The notes below the pieces were generated by a model. The model made no database searches. It saw nothing but the letters and a program-made list of their open reading frames with translations, and was not told where the DNA came from. A stretch of DNA of 64,000 nucleotides, taken from contig NC_092344.1 of NCBI RefSeq assembly GCF_963676685.1, positions 49,724,001-49,788,000 on the forward strand. Direction: 5' to 3'. Of the stretch, positions 1-12,843 are shown one piece after another (position 1 is the first letter of the stretch; each line of letters begins with the position of its first letter). Both the position numbers and the translations under genes were made by a program. This DNA comes from Mytilus edulis. Taxonomy: Eukaryota.

Positions 1-241
1 ATTTTGGTAGAAGGAAAAATTTGAAAGAATGGTTTGCTGGTTCATATATTTTTTTGCAATGTTGAATCCTTTATAGCTTGCAAAACGGTATGAGTTTTAT
101 ACAGTGCTAAATCCATACGGTCCCTGTTATATAATAGATAATTGTCTTATTTGCAAATATACCATAACTCATTAAATCAGTTTATAGATTAAGGATAATG
201 TATATTTGAGAAGATAAAATGTCAGATATATTTTTTTACAG

Positions 242-1125
242 TCTATGCACCCACAGAAAAACATGCATTTGGAGTGGAGAAGGTTTTACTGGTCGAAAGC
301 AAAGTTGAAAGAAACATAAACAGGCGTCGTGGTGGTGGATCCGTTTCTGTACTTGATGTTATTGATGCACAGACGAGCAGGATCAAGAGGAGTTTGGAAC
401 ATCTCATGGAATAGACAGTGAATTTATTACACACGGGTCATCTTCCGGTAGAGGACTGTCTGGGGTTACTGTTGGAGGCAGGACCTCTATATCAGGAACT
501 ATTAGAGGCCTTTCAGCTGTTTTGTCTCGTGCTTTATCTGACGATGACAGTAGCAGTAACTGTCATTATGGGTGTGGAGGCGACAGATTATGTAGTTCAG
601 GACATAAATGTTGACCTGAGGGTGGTAGCAGTTACTGCGTCGACATTTCATCTGGAAATATAATTGGTGCATCTAGATTGGCAGACTCTATTAGAAGGGT
701 AAACACGGGGTCAGAAATGATTAGAAGGTCATTATCTGGCTTGACCAGAGTTTAAAGTAATGATGGTCATTTATCATCTGGCAGCAGAATCGGTACATCT
801 GACTTGGCTAGAAATGTTGATCTCTCTCGCAGTTCTTATTTGGAAACTATAGGCAGTGGCTGTGGAGTTTCTGGTCATTCAGGTTCTGATATTCTTGACG
901 CAATCAGCTCTGGACCAGTTGAAATAGATACAGTTTCTTTCAGACGTAGTGGATCAGGTCGTACTTCTGGTTCAAGACTCGTTTCTCATTCAGTATTAGG
1001 AGGAAAAACTGATTGTAAAAAAAGACTGTTTTAGTGATGGAGATTGTCCAACGAATAAATACTGTGTTTTTGTTAATTGTCACATGATTTGCAGAAGAAG
1101 ACCGTCTAATGGATATACAGGATAA
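242..1125 (+). pseudogene. Copy A of the secreted Ser/Gly-rich WAP-like family: main coding exon, disrupted (signal-peptide exon lies upstream of the window)
   Basis: Acceptor tttttttacag| ends at 241, followed by (V)YAPTEKH as in the paralogs. Homology runs to CPTNKYCVFVNCHMICRRRPSNGYTG with TAA at 1123-1125. Lesions: indels near 369 and 392, in-frame TGA 612-614, TAA 753-755, and an extra A in the A-run near 1017-1023. Confidence 0.9.
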
Positions 1126-2853
1126 TAGCCTATCATCGAAATCCAGACTTTGAAATCGTATTTAAATTTTTTATACAATGAAATTTTGCAATCAGTTTGT
1201 GTTAACAGTGAGATTTTTTCGCATTACATCGTAAAATGGCGATAATTCAGGCTGAAAAACAAACTATACAAAAAAGAAATACAACATACAGACATATTCC
1301 CGTTTGAATGGTTTCACAATAGTAATTTTTGGGCCCTTTATACTTGTTGTTTGGTGTGAGCCAAGGCTCCGTGTTGAAGGCCGTCCATTGACCTATAATG
1401 TTTTACTTTTATAAATTGTTATTTGGATGGAGAGTTGTCTCAGTGGCACTCATACGACATCTTCCTGTATATAAGAACGGAGATACGAAGAAACGGTAAT
1501 ATATATGCTTATATCACGACGTTTCTGTCTTAAATTGAAGTGGCCGCAACCGTGTTCATTCTTAATATTTTAATGTAAGTTGTGTTTGATGATAATGCAT
1601 AACATCTATAAAGGTTATACACGGTTGCTGCCATTTTTATTTTTGACAAAACCATCTGAAAAAGATCTAGAGCCATATTATGACTTATTTGACAGATTTG
1701 TCATTTAAGCTTGAATTTGATCGTATAAAATAACTACATCAGTTTAAATCTTACAATTAAACATGTTAAACTAATTCAATCGACTGAAGTATACATTACC
1801 TTTCATCAGACGAACCTGTAGTTTGAAGCCAACATTGGCCCTTACCGGACCTACTCCTTTGTAAACAAAATAAGGTATGCGTTTCGTTTACAAAGACTCA
1901 TGTTACCATCAGACATTCCGACAAAATGAATTCAGAGTGGTCAAACTAATTAGTATTATAATACGAGCACTCAGTACAGTATTATGTACAGGAAAACATT
2001 AATATAATTGGACCTTTTTTTATTTGTGTGGCCATACACACTTTCAATTGTAATCATTATGACATAGGTCTAGTACACACGGAATGAGTATGATATTTTG
2101 ATATACCACTACTTAGGTTTCAAAGCTATAATACTATAGATTAAGCATGTGTCTCCTAGTAGAAAACAAATATTTCAGCGTTTTTCATTCAAACCATGAT
2201 TTCTTTGATAGAGAACATTTGTGAACAAGGATGTTACTAAAGCTCACTACATGGAAAAATTTCTTTTAACTTTGGTAATCACTCAAATAAGATTGAATTA
2301 ATAAAAATCATCCAGAAGATCGCAGATGAACCCGCAAACTTTCATCTTCAAAAGACAGAATGGCGCTCTTTTTAAAACTAGAATAAATGGATTTCGAAAT
2401 TTGCTGTAAAACACGACGTCTATACTTTTATGCTAAGCAGGATATGCTTACACTTTCTTTCACTTTTGAGGACATCCGAAAATTAGCTTGGTGATAGTGT
2501 ATACCTTTCTTGTTTGTAAGTGTTATTTTTTTTTTTATTAAACATTGTTTGTTTTGAATTATTTCAATGACTGCCTGGACTAATCTGTATTAATTCTACT
2601 GGTCATATATTGTGTTTAAACGTTTGATTGGATGTAGATTTATACAAAAAAGGTCCTTCCTGTCAAAATTGTCATTCATACCTTGGTTACATCATGACAA
2701 TTTCAACAGTGAGTAAGTGCAAAATTGTAAAGTCTTCTTTTTGAAAATAAAATATTGCATTCAGTTTTTGTTATTGTATAGATTTTCTGTTATTTCTTCA
2801 AAAATATTGATAAATAGTTATCAAAGGTACCAGGATCCGATTATAATTTAATA

Positions 2854-2895
2854 CGCCAGACTCGCGTTTTGTCTATATAAGACTCATCAGTGACG
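2854..2895 (-). ncRNA. Degenerate type I hammerhead motif (CUGAUGA family) in a retrozyme-derived fragment
   Basis: Minus strand reads cgtca-CTGATGA-gtct-tatat-agac-AAAA-cgcgag-TC-tggcg. GAAA has become AAAA, so it is probably inactive. Confidence 0.7.
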
Positions 2896-3359
2896 CTCAG
2901 ATCAAAATAGTTGTAAAGCCAAACAAGTACAATCCTTCGTCATTCGTCAGATCAAACTAATCAGAAAAATATAACAACATACACACATAAGTACAGATAT
3001 AAATAAAGATAACAAAAGCATACAGCAATTAAATAAAATGTGCCGTGATTTGTTTTAAATTACAGTAACTCGTAACAAACAAACAAAAACATAACATAAA
3101 CAAATAAAAACTTTTTTCTCCAAAGCAAAAACAATTATTCCTTGTTCTACATTCACTTGAATTCTAAAATAACTATAAAATTTCTTCAGATTTTTTTTAT
3201 GCTGGATACGTGCTGATAGCTGGACAAACGGAAAACCTACGATTTTCTTTACAAAAACAGAATACGTGAAAGATATAAGCATAAACATATTTGATTATAA
3301 AATGAGGTATACATGAAACCTGAAAATTTTAAAATGTAGAAATACAACACATTTGCTAT

Positions 3360-3690
3360 ATCTCACTAGTATGAGTTTTCATGTGTTTATCATATAGTTT
3401 TTTGTGTTACTAAACTGTTTACCACATACATCATATGTGCGAGGTTTTTATAAACTACGAGTTCTCATGTGTCTGGTGTCCCTAAACTGTAAACCACATA
3501 TATCACGGGTACGGGTGCGAGGTTCTCACCAGTATGAGTTATCATGTGTCTATCATAGAGTCTTGTGTCACTAAACTGTTATCCACAAACAAGGCATGCG
3601 CGATGTTTTCATCAGTATGAGTCCTCATATGTCTATCATAGTGTCTGGTGTCTCTAAACTGTCTACCACATGCATAGCATTGGTAAGATA
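3360..3690 (-). pseudogene. About four out-of-frame or decayed C2H2 fingers at the 3' end of ZNF gene 1
   Basis: Shifted frames read YQCYACGRQFRDTRHYDRHMRTH (canonical spacing), CLVCG*QFSDTRLYDRHMITH, and two further eroded fingers. Confidence 0.75.
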
Positions 3691-5270
3691 TTCACCTGCA
3701 TGAGTAAGTTTCATGTGTAAAAGACAGGTACTTTTGAGGCTAAACTCTTTCCCGCAAACATTACATGTGTAATTTAAAAGTTTATCATTTGTTACAGTAT
3801 TATGAGTACAACTTTGAGTTTTCATGTGTATACGGACCGTGCTCTTGTCCCTAAACCCTTTTCCACATACATCACATGTGTAAGGTTTTTCATCTGTATG
3901 AGTTATCATGTGTATATGAAGGGATCTGATGCTCCTAAAACCTTTGCCACATACATCACATTTGTAAGGTTTTTCACCTGTATGTATTCTAATGTGTGTG
4001 ATTAAATCCTGATTTGACTTAAATCCTTTACCACATACATCACAAATGTAAGGTTTGCGTTGCTCACCAGTATGAGTTCTCATGTGTCTAAGACAAGAAC
4101 TGTTCTTGCCAAACTCCTTACCACACACATCGCATTTGTAAGGTTTATCTCCAGTATGAGTTCTCATGTGTCTAAAATAAGAACTGTTGTTGCCAAACTC
4201 TTTACCACACACATCGCATTTGTAAAGTTTATCACAATTATTAATATTCGTGTGTGTATCAATGTTACATTTGTCGCTTAATCCTTTATCACCTGCTTCT
4301 CTGGTATTCGGTTTTTCATCAGTATGAGTTTTCATGTGTTTATTATGGGAAGTGATGTCACTAAACCCTATTTCACATACATCACATTTGTAAAATTCGT
4401 CACCAGTATGAGTTCGCATGTGTTTGTGGAAATTACTGTTGTTGTCAAACTCTCTACCACATATATCACATGTGTAACGTTTATTATATTTATAACCAGT
4501 ATGAATTGTCATGTGTTTATTGCAGCCACTTTTTCTACCGAAATTTTTACCACAGACATCACATGTGTAAGGTTTTTCACCGGTATGCATTCTTGTGTGT
4601 GCCGTTAAGGAACTGCAGACATTGAACCCTTTACCACATACATCACATATGTAAGGTTTTACACTAGTATGAGTTCTGTTATGTTTCTTATATGATTTAT
4701 AGTAACCAAATCCTTTACCACATAAATCACATGTGTAAGGTTTTTCACGCTTATCACCTGTGTGAATTCGCATGTGTCTGAGCAAGTTACTTTTGTGACC
4801 AAACCCTTGGCCACATAAATTACATGTGTAACGTTTTTCATCAGTATGACTTTTTTTATGTTTCGTACAGTTTCTGGAGTTAGTAAACCCTTGACCACAT
4901 ACACCACACGTGTAACGCTTTTTACCAGTATGAGTTCGTGTGTGTTTTTTTAAGGTTTTATCGAACCTAAAACTTTTACCACACACATCACATTTATAAG
5001 GTTTATCCTGTTTATCAACACTATGAATAATCATGTGTTGAAGGAAGCCTTTTTTGTCACTAAATCCTTTAACACACACATCACATGTGTAAGGTTTATC
5101 AGCAGTATGAGTTCTTGTGTGTATCGTATGAGATCTGAAGTTACTGAAAACTATACCACAGACATCACATGTGTAAGTTTTTTCACCCGTATCCATTCTG
5201 AAGAGTGATTTTTTTTTAAATTGGCGTGTACGTCTTACAGTCTGGTCATGTATCACATAAATGTAGATAT
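3625..5270 (-). CDS. Multi-C2H2 (Kruppel-type) zinc-finger protein, about 15-16 fingers (ZNF gene 1)
   Basis: ORF 3625..5280 has repeated Y-x-C-D-V-C-G-x3-F-x5-x-x2-H-x3-H units and TGEKPY-type linkers. The acceptor atgttttcag| puts the exon start at 5270, so the ORF's first Met is intronic. The first in-exon Met is at 5196. Upstream exons were not identified. Confidence 0.9.
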
Positions 5271-6500
5271 CTGAAAACATTAAAAAATATCATTTTAATT
5301 GCAGACAATTAAACAAATAAACAGAATACACGTGTTTACAAATTTATACTGCAACTGCCTGCGTTTATTTCCTGTAAATATAGTAACATAGCTATATTTT
5401 GTATAATGTCAATTTCATTATGGAATACTTTCTTCACAATCAGGGGTTCATTAATGGATGAGAACAAGTTTGACATTAATGTTACGATTTTAACAGCTGC
5501 CAATGTATTAATTTAAGTTGCAGTATAAAAACATTATTAGGTAAATGTCATACAAGTATGAACTTGTTTGTACTCGGCGCAAAACTGGGGAAGGGCATGA
5601 TAGAACCTCGCCCTTCCACAATTTCTCAGCCTCATACAACAAAGTTTATATTGTCCTGACATTTACCTAATATTGTATATATACATATACATATATGCAA
5701 ACATATTAAAACATAGATAAGACTAGTAGTGATGGGGTCAGTGATGCCGATGTCGCTGATCTGTTTTATCGACAATTTGTATGTATTTTTACTTTTATTG
5801 TACCGCCCTTGCGTTCCATACATTTTTATATAAATAGACACGACATTATCCCAGGTAACACGCATATTTATTTTAAAAGTATTCTTGCTTTAATTATAGC
5901 CTAGGTGTCTATATTGACACCGATATAAATAAAATAATATCTTTAAAGTAACATTATTGACTTACTAATTTACTTGTTGCATGTAGAGATTAATATAATA
6001 AGCAATTTTTCGAACGAGTTCACAACTTTTCCTACTAATGGTATCAAAGGCCGATAACCACAAATTGTTTACCTATGGAACGTCTAAGAAATAAAACAGG
6101 TAACAGTTAATTCTTTGCAGTGTCGGATTTCACTCAAAGTAAATATAATTTATATGTTATAAAAAATGTGGACAATTTCTTGCAAAAATGATAAGTTTTC
6201 CTTTCAAAGCGAGGCATTTACGCACTAAATATGTCGTTGGCAGATTATCATCATGATCATCATGATGCAATGTGGATTATTTTTATAATTGGTAAATAAG
6301 TTCCAGCAAATTTCGAATTTGTTGGCAATTGCACGAAGAAAATTCGAGACGATGGTTTACACCTACTTCATTATTGTGTTCATTTGTGTCTTACACTTTC
6401 GTCACAAAGTTTAATTTCCTTTTTATCATAGTAAAAAAAAAAAAATCATTTATACTGAGACTACTATAACAATTTAGTAGTCTCTGATTTGTACATTTTA

Positions 6501-6807
6501 GGGAGCTACCATTTGATTTTTATGGGGAGGGGGGAGAGAGGGGGGGGGGGGCGTGGGGGCTAGGATGAAATTTGAAAAAAAATAGGCAGGACAGGAGTTT
6601 TGAGTAAAAAAAAAGGCAGGATGAGACAATTGCCCAAAAAAAAAAGTCAGGACGACAATTTAGGTAAAAAAAAGTCAGGATAAACTAAAAAAAAGCAGGA
6701 CCAAACAGAGTGAAAAATAAAAATGCAGGACAGATATTACAGCTAAAAAAAATGCAGGACAAAATTTTTCATCCTAGCCCCCCCATAAAAATCAAATGGT
6801 AGCTCCC
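6501..6807. mobile_element. PIF/Harbinger-type MITE
   Basis: TIR gggagctaccatttgatttttatgggg at both ends. TSD TTA at 6498-6500 and 6808-6810. Internal aaaa(g)caggac repeats. Confidence 0.85.
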
Positions 6808-6904
6808 TTAGTTCAGTTTGGTATACATAATTTTTAAGGCCTTTCGTTTCCATTGTATCGTGTTGTGTTAATATTTTATGTATCATACACAAGAATGAAA
6901 GACA

Positions 6905-7215
6905 TTTTTTATGCCCCACCTACGATAGTAGAGGGGCATTATGTTTTCTGGTCTGTGCGTCCGTCCGTTCGTCCGTCCGTTCGTTCGTTCGTCCGTCTGT
7001 CCCGCTTCAGGTTAAAGTTTTTGGTCAAGGTAGTTTTTGATGAAGTTGAAGTCCAATCGACTTCAAACTTAGTATACATGTTCCCTATGATATGATCTTT
7101 TTAATTTTAATGCCAAATTAGAGGGTTTACCCCAATTTCACGGTCCACTGAACATAGAAAATGATAGTGCGAGTGGGGCATTCGTGTACTGGCCCCAGGG
7201 GACACATTCTTGTTT
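6905..7215 (+). mobile_element. Helentron-associated non-autonomous element (HINE/DINE-1-like)
   Basis: Inserted in a T-run. Has the subterminal inverted repeat atgcccc...ggggcat, a (CGTC/CGTT)n microsatellite and a 3' stem-loop ending in cttgtt. A near-identical copy lies at 7641-8119 and a decayed one near 19530-19762. Confidence 0.75.
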
Positions 7216-7640
7216 TTACATTAATCAGTACACGTGCTATGTCATTGATGCATCTTATTAATAGTTATCATTGATGCAAACGTGAAACAATTATATATAT
7301 CATTATACCATTTTAGAATTTTTAATATATGATCTTTTTTACCTTAAATGTGATAAAAAAAAATCCATAGCAAGTGAACTGTTAGAAAGATTTCCAAATA
7401 TGATTCTTCAATAAAAAAAAATAGATCAGCGTTTACTGTTGTCAATGGCCATTTGAAAGTAACATTCAAATTTTTTTTATTTTTCCCCAATATTTCTTTT
7501 GTAGTTATGGTACCTTTGACTATGGGTCGATGCTTTAAAAAAATCATAAAAAATCCATTTTTCGTCGCAGTTATTTTAACCATAGCAGATAAGATTGAGA
7601 TGGAAAAATGATGAAACAATCTAATTATCAAGAAAAAATA

Positions 7641-8119
7641 TTTTTATGCCCCACCTACGATGGTAGAGGGCCATCATGTTTTCTGGTCTGTGCCTCCGTT
7701 CGTCCGTCCGTTCGTTCTTTCGTTCGTTCGTCCCGCTTCAGGTTAAAGTTTTTGGTCGAGGTAGTTTTTGATGAAGTTGAAGTCCAATCAATTTGAAACT
7801 TAGTACACATGTTCCCTATGATATGATCTTTCTAATTTTAATGCCAAATTAAAGTATTGAACCCAATTTCATGGTCCAGTAGTGGCGGATCCAGCCATTT
7901 AAAAAAGGGGGAGGGGGGGGGGGTCCCAACCCAGAGTAAAAGGGGGGGGGGGGGTTCCAACTATATGCTCCCATTCAAATACATTGATCGGCCAAAAAAA
8001 AGGGGGGTTCCAACCCCCGGAACCCCCCCCCCCCCCCCTTTTGGATCCGCCACTGTCCAGTGAACATGTAAAATGATAGTGCGAGTGGGGCATCCGTGTA
8101 CTATAAGCACTTTCTTGTT
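7641..8119 (+). mobile_element. Second HINE copy, interrupted by a nested MITE
   Basis: Same architecture and sequence as 6905-7215, with an insertion at 7881-8054. Confidence 0.75.
7881..8054. mobile_element. Small G/C-tract MITE nested in the HINE
   Basis: TIR agtggcggatcc / ggatccgccact. Flanking direct repeat gtccagt at 7874-7880 and 8055-8061. Absent from the sister HINE. Confidence 0.75.
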
Positions 8120-10300
8120 TATCAATGTTTTCAGTTGTCAACTGCATTTGAAATGCAAACTCCAAACCTCCGTTCGACAGATGTTGCACGGACAGTTTAC
8201 ACATGGGTCGACATGATAAAAAGGTTGACTTTATAATAATTTAAGCCTTGGCCACTTTCATTATTTGGAAATAAAAAGTGGTAATTGTTATTGAATGTTC
8301 TATCGAATTTTAAAAAACAGAAAAATGTATCAAAATGACGTATTTTGTTTATGAATATGATATACCGTGGCCATGATATATTTCGATAAAAAAAAAATGA
8401 ACAATAGAATATATACATTCAAAACCGATGTTATATCAATTTACCAAAATTATGAAGACTTAATTTAAATAGACATAAAAGATATCATGTGTCATAATAA
8501 AATTATATCTCGGTGAGCAATTTAAAATTATCAGAATTTTTATAAAAATTTCTTAAACAGCATAGGTTATCTCGGTTTGAAGTGTCCAATATTCTTTAAA
8601 ATGTCACAGTTTTGATCAGAGTTGCATTTATATAACGTACGATTAGTCATTAAAGTTCAAATAGCAGTGAAATACTGAACTATGATCCCTTAATACATAA
8701 ACCAAGTGGTCACTGCCCTTCCCTTTTTATTTGCTATTTTACTCCGAAATTGATCGTGTCGTAGATTTATCTATAAGTCAAATATACCTACATATATATA
8801 TACTATCGATGACAACAATAGAACAGTATGCAGAAAGTCTATAAGTATACTGTATGCATGGTACATTTTTTGTAGATAGTGTTACATTTTGATAGAGGCG
8901 GATTGAGGGCGAGGGTCAAGCGGGCCGAGTTCTCTTATGGAGTTGTGAACATAATGATATGTAATCAATACATTGACTTTTTTTTTTAAAGTATCACTCT
9001 TAACGATGGTTTGCATGGGGCCCTTTTCAAAATCCTGTATCCGTACCAGATTTATTTATATAATCAACAAGTGTCACAAGCAGGCGTAACGAGATTAATT
9101 TTCCTATTCGCAGAAACACGTTTCCCATTTAGGACCCTGCTGTAGATCAAGCAACTGAGCCATTATTTTATATTGTAAAAATCGTTTCGTTTTCTGTCTT
9201 TTTTATTCATTTCGTTTCATCATATTTTGATTTGGCAAATTTTGTTCCGTTTATTCATTTAGTATCGTTTCGTTCCATTCCTGTTTTTTTTCCCCATTTG
9301 TTTCACACTTAATTAGGACCAACACAATTATTCGAAAGAGAGTCTGGATTTAGTTTAAGGAATAGAGAATAAGTAGCAGAATGTGCAGAATAAACATGAT
9401 AAATATAAAACAATGAATTATAGACATGATAGTAGAGAAATATATGCAAAAAAAGTAAACAATTGTAAAATATAGAATAACTTTGGCAAAATAAATAACG
9501 AATAGACCGAGCGTAATGCAGTATGGACAGTTATGTACAATATGAATAAAGAATTGAATGCTTCTTTTTGTAAATAATTATTAGGGGGTAAAAAGTTAAT
9601 TCACAAAAATACTTAACTCCGGGGGAGAAATCAGAAGGGAAAGTCCGTCTAGAATCAAACGGCAAAATCAAATTAAGCTTAACACATCAAACGAACGGAT
9701 AACAACTGTCTTATTTCTGACATGGTACAGACATTATTTTATGTAGGATAAAGTGGATTTAAAACCTGGTTTTATAGCTAGCTAAACCGCTCACTTGTAT
9801 GACAGTCGCATTAAAGTACATTGTATGAATGTGCGCACGATCAACGCTTTTACGACCCAATAAAATTACTAAACAAAGTATTTGATAAATTACATTTTTT
9901 GCTAGAATCATGACAACACGGTTTCTTTCAAGTCTTTTCTTTTATTTATCTGTGCCCTTTATTGTGGAAGCTCGTGTCATCATTGATGTTACTTTGTCAT
10001 ACTCAAAAGAAATTTAAATTCAGAATGACACGATATTGCTGTTAGCCAATCAGAATATTGTATTTTAATGAAACATACGTGTAATGTAACTATTAGAATA
10101 GAGAAAAATGGACACAATATATGAAGAATAGGGAATAGTGGACAGAATAAATAATTTGAAGTATTATAGAGAAACGATCCAAAGGGCATACACATTACAG
10201 AAAAAAGAGAACATCGTGAATTGAGTAAATAGATTCTTAATAATATAAGACTTCCAAACTTGAAAATTGAGACTGTAGAAACACTTTTGTCGCAGGTTAA

Positions 10301-10570
10301 GGGAACAACCATTTACCTACTAAAAGGGGGTATTGTTTTTCCTTTTACAAATATGTTCTGATGAAGACAAAAATATCTTGGTCAAGCAGGTGACATAAAA
10401 AAATCTTCTGGATCTAAATCATTCCCACACCTTATAGTGTTACATTTTAACTTTTGAAAGACAAAAACAAATACCGCTAAACGATACTAAAAATATAGTA
10501 AAATCAACCCCCCCCCCCCCCCCCCCCCAATTAATAAATAAAATTAGATTGATGTTAAATGATTGCTCCC
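10301..10570. mobile_element. Older Harbinger-type MITE related to 6501-6807
   Basis: Imperfect TIR gggaacaaccattta...taaatgattgctccc, flanked by TAA/TAA. Confidence 0.6.
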
Positions 10571-10810
10571 TAAAAATGCTTTTTAATTAGAACGTTTATG
10601 TAATATTTATATGTATATATTTGCGGATATTATATATATACCATGTATACAATTTTGATTAACATTTCTATGAATATTTAACAGTATTATCATAGCTAGA
10701 AAGATACATCTTTCAATTGGACAGAAAATGCAATTTGTAATAATTCATCTTTGAATAGACTGATTTTGCAGTTGTTGGACTTGTTCTCATCATTATTTTC
10801 TTTTGATTAG

Positions 10811-12428
10811 ACTCGAAGCAACTGACAGAAATGAAAGTAAAGACGCCTGGACAGAAACAAATGATATTTCCTACAACGGAACATCAGCTACTTCTATGAT
10901 TGTCTCCATTGATCAGAATTCGGGTCCAATTACGGAAGAAATGAAAAGTAAAGACGTCTGTACAGACACAAATGAAATTTCCTACAACGGAACATCAGCT
11001 ACTTCCATGATTGTCTCCCTTGATCAGACTTCCGGTCCAATAATGGAAGAAATGAAAAGTGAAGACGCCTGTACAGAAACAAATGAAATTTCATACAACG
11101 GAACATCAGCTTTTTCCATGATTGTCTCCCTTGATCGGGCTTCCGGTCCAATTATGGAAGAAATGAAAAGTGAAGACGCCTGTACAGAAACAAATAAAAT
11201 TTCCTACAACGTAACATCAGCTACTTCTATGATTGTCTCCCTTGATCAGACTTCCGGTCCAATAATGGAGGATCGCTTAGTTAGCTTTCATGACAAAGGA
11301 ATTAGTTATATATGTAAAGTATGTGGCACTGAGTGTAGAAACAATGCAGATCTAGAGGAACATATAATAACTCACACTGCTGAAAACCAAGCTTTCAAAT
11401 GTAAAAAGTGTAAAAAAGAGTTTCGCGCATATAGTGTGCTACAGATGCATTTAAAGACACACGCTAGGAGTCATATATGTGAAAAATGTGGTATAGGTTT
11501 TCGTAAGGATGATGACTTAAAGACACACTTGAAAAGTCACTCTGAAGATAAGCCTAATGTATTTACATGTGATGTATGTGATAGAGGGTTTAGTGTGTAT
11601 AGATATCTACAGACCCACATGAGAACACATACTGGAGAAAAACCTTATAAATGTGATGTTTGTGGTAGAAGATTTGCTTGTAGTAATTTCAAACGAACTC
11701 ATGTGAGAACACATACCGGTGAAAAACCTTATGTTTGTGATGTATGTGGGAAAAGTTGTAGCCAGCTTAGTAGTATACAGAGCCACATGAGAACACATAC
11801 AGGTGATAAATCTTTTAAATGTGATGTATGTCGTAAAGTGTTTACTAACAAATGCTGCTTGAGGAGACATACAAAAATACACAGTGGTGAAAGACCTTTC
11901 AAATGTGATGTATGTGGCCATGGGTTTATTCAGAATTGTGACCTACAGAAACATATGAAAATACATACAGGTAACGAAGATAAACTGTATAAATGTGATG
12001 TTTGTGGGAAAGGATTTACTAACAAATGGTACTTGAAGAACCACACAGCAACTCACACTGGTGAAAGACCCTTCATTTGTGATGTGTGTGGTAATGGGTT
12101 TAGAAAAAATTGCGACATAATGAGACACATGAGAATACACACTGGTCACGTGGATAAAAGGTATAAATGTGAAATATGTGATAAAAGGTTTAGTAGGAAA
12201 CAGCACTTAACAACTCACATGAGAACACATACTGGTGATAAACCGTATAAATGTGATGTATGTGGGAGAGGGTTTACTACCAGTTGGTGCTTGAAGAGAC
12301 ACACAACAACACACACTGGTGAAAGACCTGTCAATTGTGATATATGTGGTAAAGGTTTCATTCAGAATTGTGACTTACAAAAACACATGAGAATACATAC
12401 TGGTGATAAACCGTTTAAATGTGATTGA
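10811..12428 (+). CDS. Multi-C2H2 zinc-finger protein, 13 fingers, with N-terminal acidic 37-aa tandem repeats (ZNF gene 2)
   Basis: ORF 10803..12428. Acceptor ttttcttttgattag| ends at 10810. The first in-frame ATG is at 10896 if no upstream exon is coding. There are 13 C-x2-C-x12-H-x3-H units, and the ORF stops inside a 14th (PFKCD*). AATAAA at 12515 and 12726. Confidence 0.9.
10828..11272 (+). repeat. Coding minisatellite, 4 x 111 bp (37 aa)
   Basis: Unit starts atgaaaagt at 10941, 11052 and 11163 (period 111). The first copy at 10831 lacks one A. Confidence 0.95.
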
Positions 12429-12608
12429 TATCATACATGTTATAAATCAGTGTATATAAAGTGAGAATCCTGTTTGTTCATTTTCACTGTCGTATGCGAG
12501 TATGTCTATTGTAGAATAAAGGATGACGGGAAAAACTGCGTTTGTTTACTTTTTGTAAATACGAAATAATTGATTTCAATGTATGTTTTATAAATATTTT
12601 GATATGAG

Positions 12609-12653
12609 CGTCACTGATGAGTCTTATTATGTAGACGAAACGCGCGTCTGGCG
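12609..12653 (+). ncRNA. Minimal type I hammerhead ribozyme, core intact
   Basis: cgtca-CTGATGA-gtct(tattatgt)agac-GAAA-c-gcgc-g-TC^tggcg. Stems I, II and III all pair. Predicted cleavage after 12648. Confidence 0.85.
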
Positions 12654-12843
12654 TACTAAATTATAATCCTGGTACCTTTGATAACTATTAACACAATTCC
12701 ATTAGAATATAACTTTTTAATGTATAATAAAAGGATTAAAGTCCCAAAAAGTGTAATTAAAGCAACTGAATCCTTAATGTTGTTGTATGGATGCGAGTCA
12801 TTTCAACAATAGATGTGATGAATTATCTTTTTAAGTGCAATCA

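Noticed and set aside
3802-5208. Short plus-strand and alternative-frame ORFs over ZNF1 (likewise 11607-12206 over ZNF2)
   Set aside because: They are shadow frames of periodic zinc-finger codons.
6050-6350. Possible bidirectional promoter or first exons for the two ZNF genes
   Set aside because: Donor-like motifs exist on both strands, but nothing distinguishes them from background.
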